Origin: Rhizophagus irregularis
Taxonomy: Eukaryota
Length of the DNA: 64,000 nucleotides
Reading direction: 5' to 3'
Assembly: GCF_026210795.1 (NCBI RefSeq)
Contig: NC_089429.1
Location: 2,976,001-3,040,000, forward strand
Shown: positions 28,140-39,925 of the stretch, piece by piece
Position numbering within the stretch: position 1 is the stretch's first letter
Layout: the number at the start of each line of letters is the position of its first letter
Translations under genes and position numbers: made by a program
Notes under the pieces: generated by a model
The model's database searches: none
What the model was told of the DNA's origin: nothing
The model's input: the letters and a program-made list of their open reading frames with translations, nothing else

Positions 28140-28285
28140 ATTCTAATATAATATGCTTATCCTTATTCCTTAATTAAATTGCACTATTTTTAAAATATAA
28201 TATGCTTATTCTTATTCCTTAATTAAATTGCACTATTTTTAAAATATAATATGCTTATTCTTATTCCTTAATTAAATTGCAATGT
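28140..28285. repeat. ~49-bp tandem repeat, 3 copies, upstream of the Myb gene
   Basis: TATAATATGCTTAT(C/T)CTTATTCCTTAATTAAATTGCA x3. Confidence 0.85.
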
Positions 28286-29134
28286 TTTAAAATATAATAT
28301 AAAATTACAATTGCTGCATTGCCTGCATAATTATATGTTAACTGGACTTTGATCGCGAATATTTTGCCCTGCATAATTACATCATTTATTTCCTAAATAG
28401 TATCATTATTTAAATCACATGATATTAGAATTAATTCTCATTGGATTAACTATTGTAATTATTTCTCATTATTATTATTCCTCATTATCATCATAATTAT
28501 CGTCATTAACACTAGATAAAGCTTAAAAGAACTAAGATGACGGTAAAATATTGAAGTTTAATCTTTTATCTGTAGATTATTTGATCATCTAAATTATATT
28601 ATTAATTGGTGTAACTTGGCGTAACTATATGCAAATCTTATGATCAACTATGCCCACCTTTCGGCATTAGGCCAAACAGGTTTCGGCAAGCAACCTTACA
28701 TACTATATTGATTTTAGTGGAACTTTCAAATGGGAAAATTTCGCAACACCTTATTCTGATGATGTTTATCAAGAAGGGAGTTTTAGAAATAAACTTTGAA
28801 TCCAAATTATAAAATAATTGACATAAATATATGCAAATAAATAAGTAGATCTGTTGCATTATTTTTTTTAAAAAAAAAAATCTACAACGAACTTTTTATA
28901 TTAGAACAATGGACAATATAATAGATTACATGCAAAGAGAATTATACAAAATCTTTATTAGGTTACCTCTAAATATAGGTCTAAACCCACTACGTAAGTT
29001 ATTCGTCACTAATTAATTGAAATTCGATCATAAGTCGGGTAATTAATTATTAATGTATTTGATTATTGTTCAGTATATTACCTACAGAAGAGCGCAAAAT
29101 AAGGGAAATGAGAGGTTATGAATTGAACCCTTTA

Positions 29135-29640
29135 CAGTAAGTAATATGAAAAAAAATTCGAAGTACTCTTTGAAGGTCAAGAAACGAACTAACGTTTCTT
29201 TTTCTAAATTTATAAGTTTTCGCTTTTCCGGAGAAGACTTTTGGACGGTAAGTTTGTTTTTTGGGAGTAGAGTTTTAAATTTGACTTCAAGAAACGAACT
29301 AACGTTTCTTTTTTAAATTTTGTAGGTTTTAGCTTTTCTTTTCAGACGGTAAGTTTGTTTTATAGGAATAGAGTTTTGAAATTGACTTCAAGAAACGTAC
29401 TAACGTTTCTTTTTTTTAAATTTTGTAGGTTTTAGCTTTTCTGGAGGGGACTTTCAGATAGTAAGCTAGTTCTTTGGGAGTAATGTTTCGAAATTGGTTT
29501 TAAGAAATATGCTGATGTTTTTTTTAAAAAAAATTTGTAAGTTTCAGCATTGTGGATACCTTTAGGACTCGATATACTGTTTTTAGGGTTTCAGAATTGA
29601 ATTCAATGTTTTTTTTTTTCCAATTTTGTAGGTTTATCGT
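29135..29640 (+). repeat. Serially duplicated intron/micro-exon units (~100-115 bp)
   Basis: Repeated GTAAGT..ACTAAC..polyT..TAG followed by 23-32-nt segments. Confidence 0.6.
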
Positions 29641-32622
29641 CAGAAACACCTTTAAGATATGGCTCAAATTTTTATTGTAATTCAAGCCGGCGACAACAAT
29701 TTCAATCTTCATTTCATGGACTTAATATTCCTAAGTTTCAACGGACTGTACGGCATCATTTTTCCTCGCAAAAACAATGGATGCGATACCTTTTGAACGA
29801 TCACTTTGATCAAAGTTAAGGTTAACTTGACATACAGACCGATCATCATTGAGGAAAATTCCCAAAGATTTGCTTCTGTGACTTTATAGGCGAAGTATGA
29901 AACAAGAATTTTCCTTTTGGTGATGCATTGAGATTTAGTGGCGCCATAGCAGGAGTATTACTGTAAGGTCGAAAAGAACTAGTTGCTAGTGTTTTATTTT
30001 TATAGATTCTGGCTTCTCTGGGACGAAATTCTGGATGGTAAGTTGTTTTATTTGAGGTGGAGATGCCATTGGCTTTTGAAACATATTGACGTTCTTTTAT
30101 ATTGCTTTTGTAGGTTCAGTTTATTTTATTCATTAACAGAATTCTAGATTCAATAAATTTACGGTTATTTTGATGTAGCGGATATTTGCTGCATATTATT
30201 ATTCATAATAATTATATAGTACATTATTAATATTATAAATACACAATTGCTGCATTTAACTGTGAAATCTCATGAAATTCACGATGTCTAAGCCATGTAC
30301 TGTATGGATGATCGCTAGTCGGGAATTTGTACGAACTAGAAATAAAAAATTATACATGTACTGCTGTAAATAGTAAATATTTTCGTTTCAATAGAATGAC
30401 AATAAACAAATGGTTATATTAATTACAAAACGTTTTTTAAAAAAAGCTCGGTAAATCGGTTCGGTTTTTGGTAATTACCGACCGGTATCGGTATTGATGA
30501 TTACCGAAACTGATCGGCTTCGGTAATCATCAATACCGATACCGATCAATTCGGTTCGGTATCAGTTTTTGCAAAAACCGAACTGAACCGAACCGATCGG
30601 AGCCCTACTTGCAATTGACTGCAGTCCATTGGAAAAAATTTTAATGGCGGGAAAATGTGGAATTGCTGCTAGACGGCGATCTACTTCTTCAACTAATTTA
30701 TTACCATTAACATGTTGCAATTTTAAGATATCGCACGTGAAGATAATTTGATAACGAAATAAACCCAAATCTAAATGATGCATTCTGTCAGGAACAGTAG
30801 CCAAGTAGATATTTATATTCCTTGATAATATAAATATTTATAATTAATATATATATATGTTATTATAATTATTTCTACTTTTGCATACTTACGGCAAATC
30901 CCAAAAAAAATTAGGTACAGATTCTATGCAAACAGATTTTTGTGTATCATTTTCAAAATATTTACGCATTTCATCATGAGTTCTTAGTATTACATCATTA
31001 ACCGATAAGTTTATATTTGCAAGATTGTCCCTTTTAATTAAACAGGAGTGACATGGAAGGCTTGAATTGGAGGATTTATAAACTAAACAAAAACTTGCGG
31101 CTTCTGGCCAATCTGCAATAATAGTTGAAACTCTAGGATAAAACCAGGTATTTTCATTATTTATAAAAAGGTCTATACCATCTTTTAATAAAATAATTGG
31201 TTCTAGTAAATGACGTAAAGATTTATGAAAGGTATCACGAACCAGATCTTTATTTGCAGCTTCTAAAATTGGTAAATATCCCAAAAGTTGCTTTGCATCC
31301 TATTTATTACGACGCCATATTGGGATATTGCCTAATGAAATATATATTGGATGCAATTGACTTTTTCCTAATGTATCTGTAGTTGTTGCATCTGAATATA
31401 AAATAATTGATAATAATTTGGAACCAGTAGGTAAGGATTCTTGCGTAGTTTTCCACCATTTTCCAGTGTTTTGTTCACTGTAAATACTTTCTCTATTATA
31501 CTATAAAATAATATAAATAAATTAAAATAAATATTATTTAAATTATTGAATTAACTAATATTTACTATTTACCTCATAGTTTTCGTAAGATAGCGCAAAA
31601 TTTTGTGTTATGTCAGGAACAGTTAAGATATTTTTGATGCACTGTATTAAGTTTTGATAATAAAGAAAATAATCTTTATCCTTATGTTTTGTTATAAGAA
31701 CTTTACTAAATTCTAAATTAGAAAACTTCATATTATTCATAAATGCTGGTCCCTGTTCAATATTTTTTGGTAATGGTGATTCTATAAGATTTGAATGTTT
31801 ATTAAAAAAACGTATTATTTCATTACCACCTTTATTGTTTATTTTATATTTCATTACTAATAACATTAGATTTTTATAAGCATCATTAGGAAATTCTGTG
31901 CAAGTTTTGGTATTGAGATTTTTGGGTTCTTCAAAAATTTCAGGCTCTTCAGATGAATCTAATATATTTTCAAAGTTACTATCTTCAAGGCTTATCTCTG
32001 ATATTGCACTTCCAATACTGTCAAATGACATATTTTGTACATTATTATCATCATTCACCTAAAATTATAAACCAAAATGAGTTAGTATAATTTGAGCTTT
32101 TTCTTTAAAAAGAATAATCTGGAATAACATAATTATTGAGCTTTTTCTTTAAAAAGAATAATCTGGAATAACATAATTACCTCAACTTTATCATTTTCAT
32201 ATTCACTACTTAGATTACTTCTTGTATCCATTTCACTGCTATATTTTTCACTATCATTATTATCATCATCATCTTCTACTTCTACTTCTACATTTTTTAA
32301 GCATTTTTAGGCGTGTTGAGTATATGCAAAGCGTTGACTGAATATTCGCATACAAAGGGGGCATTTGAAACTCATGTTACTAAATTAACGCGTCAAATTT
32401 GATGAAAAGTATCAATTCACTATTTAATTTATATGAGATTATGTGTGTAATAAAATTATATTGCAAATTCATTGTAAAAATTTAATGAATTAATTGAATG
32501 GATTACAATTGATTGAGTTATTTGAATAGACACGACTATGCAAATTTACGCATTAATGAATGGAACTGGCTGTAAGAATCTGGTGGCTAATATCGCAAAA
32601 TCATTCGCAATTTTACGCATTA

Positions 32623-32837
32623 TAGCAAAATTTAAAATATGCGAAACACTCAGCAATTTTGCTGTCGGGAACTTGCCGAGTTCGTGGGTTGGCAAATCTA
32701 AAAATAAATGTAACAAGTCTATGATGTACCATATAAATATTGTTTATTATTTTATTTACTATTTCAATTTGCCGGCAACCTGCCAAGTAAATCTGACAGC
32801 AAAAGTGCTGAGTGTTTCGCATATTTTGAATTTGCTG
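32623..32837. mobile_element. Small MITE with ~45-bp or longer TIRs and probable TA TSD
   Basis: AATATGCGAAACACTCAGCAATTTTGCTGTC is inverted as GACAGCAAAAGTGCTGAGTGTTTCGCATATT. Confidence 0.7.
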
Positions 32838-33474
32838 TAACGGGCTGTAAGAATTCGGATGGCTTATTCAATCGGTTAATCATCTGATAATCAGCCGCAA
32901 ATTTATTGGCTTAACACGGCAAATCACTTTTACAATAATGGACAGATGATCAGCCACAAATTTATGCGATAATCAGGTTATAAGCGCTCAAGATCACTAT
33001 CAATCTGATCAGCCAAATGAGTTCACTGGCTGCAACTTTTTTTTTCCATGCATAAAAGCCCCAACATGTATAACATATTATTTTTTTATAAATTGAATTT
33101 GATTAATATTTCGATTGTACTATGTGCTTTTACGAGAGTTTTTTTTTAAAGTTCTCTTATGAAAGTGTTACAATATTTTTTCGTAATATCACGATGCAAA
33201 ATTTTTGCATTAGTACATTCATTTTTCGTAATATTTCGCATTAGTTCATCCATTTTTCGCAATATTTCGCAAGTTTTTTTTTTTTTTAGTATAGAATGGC
33301 GGAAATTACCTTATGACAGCTTGCTTCCTTTTTCTGAATTTCTGATTCATGTATTTCCCCCTTTTTCCTCATCCTTTTCGAATTTTCTAGTTCACCTTTT
33401 TCTCATATATTTCCTCTTTTTTCTCATATATTTCCTCCTTTTTCTCATATTTTCGTTTCAAATTTATTATCATA

Positions 33475-34808
33475 ATGGCTACAAAGCGTGGTGAGAAACG
33501 AAGAATTGACGATAATGAAAGATTTTCAAAACGTAGTACTGAGGGTAGTGAAGCTGAAAAGCGAGTGAGAATATCTGATGATAGCGTTGATGGTATATAT
33601 GACATGATATGTATCATATTCTTTATAAAAGAAATTATATAATATATAGTTAAATTATATTTTATTGTTAAAGTTAATAAAAAAACAATAGAAAAACTAT
33701 TAAGAACCAATTCGCAGATAATTTCTAAGCTTGAAGTTCTTATTACCGGACAAAAAAATCTCGAAACCCGTCTCTCGAGCATAGAAAAAAAAGCTCAACG
33801 ATAATAACAAAAATAATAATAATACAATAGATCCGGAGTATGTAAAGGTAATAAAGATGAATATTATTTAATGTAAACCTGAAATGCTAACCTCGTTTGA
33901 TTAGGAGCTCGTTAAGAAGGTATCGAAAATTTTATTTGAAAATTTTGTTTATCCTTCGCAAGACGAGTACAAACTCGCTACCGAAAAATATTTAAAAGAC
34001 GAAAATCCAGAATTTATGCGCCAGTTCAAAAAAATCAATGGATTATTTTTTTCGAAAAAAAAATTGCCCCGACTGTAAGTTAAAGCAATTATGAATTTTA
34101 TTAAATTTCATACTAACATTTTTTTTTAATAGTTAGTACAACAACATAGAAGCATACGAGGGACGTTCACGTCTAGAGTCAAAGACGTTATGTATTCTGT
34201 TTTTGAAGCGACTGGGCATAAATTACCGTCTATTAACACTCAGACTAGTCCGTCAAAAATTCAGGAATGGAAGAGTAAGGCAGAGGTGAAAAGATGTTAC
34301 AACAACCTATTTAAAAAGGTTAAAGATAGGCAACCTACGACATATATGTCGCTGATAATTGATAAGTTGCAAAAAGAAAATAAAAATCCCTCAAAAACAC
34401 AAATAGTGTATGCGATTAGCATATGTGAAACGTACTTAAATCCTAATAATCAAAACATTCAAATGAGCGAAAGTATAATGAAGTCGAAGATAATCAACAA
34501 CTTAGTAAGTTTTTAATTTACAATTTGCAAAATGTGAATTATTTGAATTACAGTTTATTTATTTATTTATTGATTTTTAGCAAAAGTTGGAAAATAGGGA
34601 TAAATTTACACATTCGGATGACGATTCTCATGATGGTAATAATGTAGATGATGGTGGTGATGGAGCAGCTGATGATGGAGCAGGTGCGGCTGACGATGGT
34701 GCGACTAACGATGGTAGGCCTAACGATGGTGCGACTAACGATGGTGTGGCCAACGATGGTGCGGCTAACAATGGCATAGCTGACGATGATATATTTACTT
34801 TCTATTGA
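33475..34808 (+). pseudogene. Plavaka accessory gene, multi-exon, divergent from the transposase; coiled coil and DDGA-repeat tail
   Basis: ATGGCTACAAAGCGT.. (MATKRGEKRRIDD), GT-AG introns, ORFs 34190-34516 and 34587-34808; poly-A frameshifts. Confidence 0.65.
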
Positions 34809-36357
34809 CTCTTATAACACGGAGAAGGAAGGTCGGTATGTAAATAGTTTATTAGAGAATTATGGGTTGCATAGGAAATAAATATTATTTTTTATATATA
34901 TCACATGTAATAGCATTTTTTTACCATAATTAATATAGTTTTAATAAATAAAATGGTTATTAATTCTTAACAACACGGGTGTGACATAAATAAATTGTGG
35001 CTGAAATTTGTGTTCAATTTGTGTTGATAATTCTGGTAAAAATTTGTTAATTTTGGCCAAATTTCGTTAAATTTGTTAAATTTGTGTTGAATTTGTATTG
35101 ATAATTTTTAATTTATCACGAGGGGATGATATTTAGTAATTGTGCATATACAATTTCTGTGATTTTTTAAAATGCGGATTTCCGTAATTTTACGATATCG
35201 TATTTTCTGGCCAATCAAAATTAGGCTGATCCTTGCATGTAATTTAATCATTTAATCATTTAATCATGCATGCGTTTTTGTCTTATTTATTTTTGTTTCT
35301 TATTTCTTTATTCTTTTGTTCAATATTTTTAATTTTTTTGTCTCTTCTTTCTATTATTTCTTTAATTATATACAATATATTTACATATATTTCATAATTT
35401 ATTGCTTTGCAGGTATAGAAATATTTGTTTATTAATACTAATTATTTTCATTTTTTTTACCTTTTTGTTATTTTGTATCGTAATACTAACAATAATATCC
35501 ATGTTTCCTTTATTCCTTTTTACTTGTACTTTAATACTAACGATACTAACAATACTAACAACATGTTTATTTTTTCCTTTCTCTTTATTTCTTTATTCTT
35601 TTGTTCAATTACTTTGCAGGTATAGAAATATTTATTTATTAATACTAATTATTTTAATATTAACGCGTTTTTTTTTACCTCTTTGTTACTTTATGTCATA
35701 ATACTAACAATACTATCTACGTTTCCTTTATTTCTTTTTACTTGTACTTTAATACTAACGATAATATCCATGTTTCTTTTACTCCTTTTACTGTTTCTTT
35801 AACTCTTTTTACCTTAATACTAACAATAATAACAATATTTCTTTTATCTTTATATCTAATACTAACGTTACTATAGCTGTTTCTCTTCTTTTTACGTCTA
35901 ATAATATTGTTACTCTACTCTTTCTTTTTTTTACTTTTATGTATTCTGTATATATTAATAAATACTTGTAATTTTTTATGGTTTAATAAAATTATATCTA
36001 ATAAAACATACATTATATAAACTTATAGTACAGAAAATTAAGTATTATTTATCGAAATATTTTGAAATATTACGAAATATTAAGTTGTGTAAAATCACAG
36101 AATATTACGAATCGTCAAATTATGGAGCATTACGCATCATAGAATTTTGAAATATTTTAAAAAGTTGCGAAGTATTACGCAGTAAAATTACGGAATATTA
36201 CGAATCGTAAAATTACGAAGCCTTGCATACAGTAATATTTCGAAATATTTTAAAAAGTTACAAAATATTACGCTTACGCAAACTTGCGGCGGGTCTGAAA
36301 ACTTACGAAATATTATGTAAAATTACGAAATATTGCGAACCACAAAATTACGGAATA

Positions 36358-37319
36358 CAGTCAACTCTCTTTATAGTCACACATTTGGGACAGTCCATAT
36401 TTGGTGATTATAAAGAGATGTGACTATATAAAAAATTTCTTATATTTGTATATCATAATTCCGGCCAAAAATTAACATAATTTTAGCCAGAATTATACTT
36501 AAAACTTTATTGTATCATAACTTCGCCAATATTAATCGTAGAGAGATGATCTTACCGCCATTCGATTCGTCTTGATGAGACGGTTCTAATGGTATAAAAT
36601 ACATAGAAATCCAATCACTAGATTAATTTCCGAAATTAAAAAAATATTAATAGTTTTTGTGTAATAACTCTGCCAATATTGATCCTAGAAAGACGATCTT
36701 ACTACCATTCGATTCGTCCTGATGAGACGAATCTAATGGTATAAGATACATCGAAATCCAATCACTAGATCAATTTCCGAAATTAAAAAATATTAAATGG
36801 TTTTTAAGTAATAACTCCGCCAATATTGATCACAGAGAGATGAGCTTACCACCATTCGATTCGTCTCGATGAGGCGATTCCAACGAGCTATAAATCGTCT
36901 TTTTACAATCACTAGGTACCGAGAAATCTAGCAAAATGTTAAATGGCGCAGTAAAACGTAAATCAAGAAATATTATAATGCCGATGTTTAACATTTTGTT
37001 GAATAACTCGTCAGCCAGTGGTTGGAAAAGGATAAAACTACCACCATTCGATTCGTCTCAGTGAGACGATTCTAACAAGCTATGATACATCTTTGTACGA
37101 TTATTAGATGCCAAGTTATTTAATATATTCTTTATATAACTGTGATTATAAACGGTTCTTTTTAATATAAGATTTTTGAGGATAGGTGTGATAGTGACTA
37201 TAGATAGATTGTGACTATATAGGATAGATTTTAATAATAAAGTGTTTTGAACATTCAACTGGTGTGACTATATAGTAGAATGTGACTATAACGGGAGTGA
37301 CTATAGAGGGAGTTGACTG
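36358..37319. mobile_element. Tc1/mariner-pogo-type non-autonomous element with 4 internal palindromic motifs
   Basis: TA-CAGTCAACTC(T/C)CT(T/C)TATAGTCAC ... GTGACTATAGAGGGAGTTGACTG-TA. Confidence 0.88.
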
Positions 37320-37486
37320 TATTACAAATCGTAAAATTACGAAGCTTTGCATATCGTAATATTTCGAAATATTTTAAAAAGTTACAAAATATTACGCTTA
37401 CGCAAACTTGCGGCGGGTCTGGAAGCTTACGAAATATTATGATGTGTAAACTTGCGCAACTTTTCACACTATATAATTTCCTGATG

Positions 37487-37730
37487 TAAGGTTGCTTGTC
37501 TAAACCTCTTCAAAATCCTATGATTAGTTTCGTCAAAATTTTACTATAGATTTATTATAGTTTCGGCAGAGTTTCAGCAGTTTCGGCATTTATAATAAGT
37601 TTCGGCAGTTTCGCCTTTCTCCAAAGTTTCACCAGTTTTTTAATATAACTTTAATATAGTTTTGGCAGAATTTCGCTTTTTGGCGAAATGCCATCTTGCC
37701 TAAATCCCTAGGTTTCAGCAAGCAACCTTA
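37487..37730. mobile_element. hAT-type MITE (TAAGGTTGC family), copy 2; its first TA was the target of the CATCAGG element
   Basis: TAAGGTTGCTTG..CAAGCAACCTTA; TSD GGAAGAAC (6833-6840) / GGAAGACC (37731-37738), one mismatch. Confidence 0.85.
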
Positions 37731-38115
37731 GGAAGACCAGAAGGAACGCTGGGTACAGAGTTTGAGGCAGGAACAGAGGGCAAAGTTATATCAACATTCA
37801 TATCATCAGCAGAGACGGTACGTGAACATTTATTAGACGCGCTAGCAGCATTATTGGAAGATAAAGGCCAGTCTCCAGAAGGAGATAAAATTTCAGGATG
37901 TGGTAGTGGCAGAATATCCAGGTTAATAACAGAAAGAGCTGGAGGTGTAGTTATAGTTTGTAAGTTCAGTAAAAAGGAAAGCAACTAAAGAAATTTTTAA
38001 TTAATTAGTGAGAACTTAGAAAATTTTGAGCGAAAATTTCAAGAAAAAATTTTATTAGTATTTTTAAAAATCGGAGAAAGAGTTGCGTAGATCCTTACAA
38101 CTCACATTTAAAATA

Positions 38116-38823
38116 TAGTGCAGAACCTTTATACTCAACTACTTATGTATAGTAACAATTGATTGATTATAAATTCCTAAAAAAAAATTTTTTTATATTA
38201 AAGTAAAAAATTTAACCGATAATTTTTATAGATATGACCATTAGTTTTAAAAATTATCAGTTATTTTTTTTCTAAATTAAATTTTGGCTAAGTTTTAGCT
38301 GTTTAAAAATCTGTAATTTAAATATATTGATTAAATTTAGTCAAAATTGAGAATAGTTTAAATTTTTGTATTACAGGTTTTTTTAGCTACATTTAATGTA
38401 CAGATTTTTTTTTTAATATGCCAAGAAAAAAATTTTAAACTGCAAAAAAAGATTTAATGAATAAGGTTGTTTAAACTTTAAATATAGGTCAATTTAATGT
38501 TATAAATAATAATTATATACCATCAAGTGAATATTTAAAAGACAATTCAGATGAATTTATAAATGAAAGAATTCAAAAACTAAGTAATTTTACTTTAATT
38601 TGGTCAAAAAATACATATAATAAAATACAAATCTCATCATTATATAAAATTCTAATTTCTGATTGGTTAATATATGTAACACATGATGCTTACATAATCT
38701 GAAAAAATTGAGACTTTTTTTTTATTTTATAAATCAATTCCTTTTTTATAAAATTAAAATCCAATCATAAAATCAAATTTTATTTAAATTTTTTTAAGTT
38801 CCTATTATAAAGGTTCTGCATCG
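38116..38823. mobile_element. Degenerate Tc1/mariner-type MITE
   Basis: TA-TAGTGCAGAACCTTTATA ... TATAAAGGTTCTGCATCG-TA. Confidence 0.65.
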
Positions 38824-38829
38824 TACTAA

Positions 38830-39925
38830 CAGTCATACTTTATTAATTTTTATGCGCACTCAGAACATATATAAGAGATAACAAACATAAGAAAAAATAA
38901 AAATAAAATAGTCGCACAAAAAAGTACATATAGAGAAGAAAACTAAACTATAAATTCCTTAATCGTAATCACAAATAGCAAAATTTCAGATCAACTACCC
39001 AGGTCTAAACGATCTCAACTCACGATAACGAAGGCTAACATACAAGTTCAGACAAGGACTGTTCAACTACTTTGACGATCCCAGCAGATAATAAAATCCT
39101 AGAAAGGCCGGGGTCGCAAATTTGTAGTAAGGAAGGAAGCATATCGGCTAAGGAAGAGTAACGCATATTAGCTATAAGAAGAAATTTATTAGAAAATAAC
39201 ACTATATAAATACCATGCAGAAACCTAATATTCTGCGAGTAAATACAAGAAATCCAGCATATATTTCAAATAAATACGCAAAGCGAATTATTTAATCATA
39301 AATGAAAGGATGAAGACAAAATAATCTATCATAAAATTTAAAATCCGCAGACGAAAAGGAAGGAGGAACTAAGACCACTCTAAAACCCGAAAATCGTACA
39401 AAAAATTTCTAAAATGACTGACGTCCATAAGTGACCCTTAAGTTGAGAAAGAAGGCAAAGGCAAAGGAACAGGAAGTTGTTTTAAAAAGATCTCAGTTAA
39501 ATCCAAATTAAACGAGAGAGGCCGTATATAGAGCGGAATAAAGGAGAAATAAACTGAACAGAAAAATAACTCTATCCATTCAATTTCATAATATATTAAA
39601 GTGTCATCATCAAAAGACAGGAAAGAAGATTCATCATCAGAATCTGAAAATTTATCGATAGAACTGGAAGAAGACCAAATGCAGCATACATTGTGCCCAT
39701 AAATTCATCCATTCTTAGGCCATCCTCAATTAATTCATCTTCATCAACATTAGGATCGAGGTAATTATTCCAATTAATAGCCAGAGAAATAATATCACTA
39801 AAAAAATTATCTGAAGAACCCATATTTTTAAAGGAACTATCTAAATGATCTACATCATGCGGCAGAAAGAGTACTCTCAAATGAGTCATCAATAAAATGA
39901 TCCGTAGATAGGCTAATTGGTGTAA
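38830..39925 (-). other. Unclassified decayed sequence, possibly the 3' region of another LINE
   Basis: Strand asymmetry like the LINE at 1-2400; ORF 39596-39892 has no recognisable motif. Confidence 0.3.

Larger units (their letters stand above)
26801..28698. mobile_element. Non-autonomous TAAGG-family element (same terminal family as the MITEs) carrying a Myb/SANT-RS gene
   Basis: TSD CATACTAT at 26793-26800 and 28699-28706; ends TAAGGTAAC / AGCAACCTTA; GCCGAAAC subterminal motifs shared with the MITEs. Confidence 0.85.
18780..30607 (+). mobile_element. hAT transposon 1 (about 6.8 kb without its nested inserts)
   Basis: TIR TAGGGCTCCGATCGGTT / AACCGATCGGAGCCCTA; 8-bp TSD CTTGCAAT at 18772-18779 and 30608-30615; ACCGA subterminal repeats. 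Confidence 0.95.
17516..32375 (-). pseudogene. Plavaka transposase with N-terminal C2H2-like finger; 5' half 30616-32375, 3' half 17516-18779, split by the hAT insertion
   Basis: MSFKCPLCMRIFSQRFAYTQH; YSEQNTGKWW; IILYSDAT; HPIYISLGNIP; IADWPEA; PDRMHHLDLGLF; LPKLHSW..GAINGYTTETYESLHK. Confidence 0.85.
17209..35137 (-). mobile_element. Plavaka-type DNA transposon with ~170-200-bp TIRs
   Basis: ACTAAATATCATCCCCT..CACACCCGTGTTGTTAA (17209-17407) is inverted at 34967-35137; flanked by AATT (8901-8904, displaced by CACTA 1, and 35138-35141); exact TIR/TSD boundary uncertain. Confidence 0.85.
6843..37486. mobile_element. TIR element with CATCAGGAAATT termini and TA TSD; no own transposase seen; about 3.4 kb of own sequence, the rest nested insertions
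   Basis: ~40-bp TIR CATCAGGAAATTTTATAGCGCGAAAAATTGCGTAAGTTTAC matches 37446-37486; TA at 6841-6842 and 37487-37488; related subterminal arrays at both ends. Confidence 0.8.
1..38105 (-). mobile_element. Decayed LINE (non-LTR retrotransposon), basal layer of the nest; own pieces at 1-2396, 5928-6576, 6822-6840 and 37731-~38105; RT part lies left of the window
   Basis: Endonuclease motifs in 577-1535. The C/T-rich minus-strand ORF1-like sequence rejoins across each insertion once the TSDs are removed. The 5' end near 38100 is approximate. Confidence 0.75.

Noticed and set aside
6577..37730. One giant element with ~245-bp TIRs
   Set aside because: Each arm has its own TIRs and own 8-bp TSD, so these are two independent MITE copies in opposite orientation.
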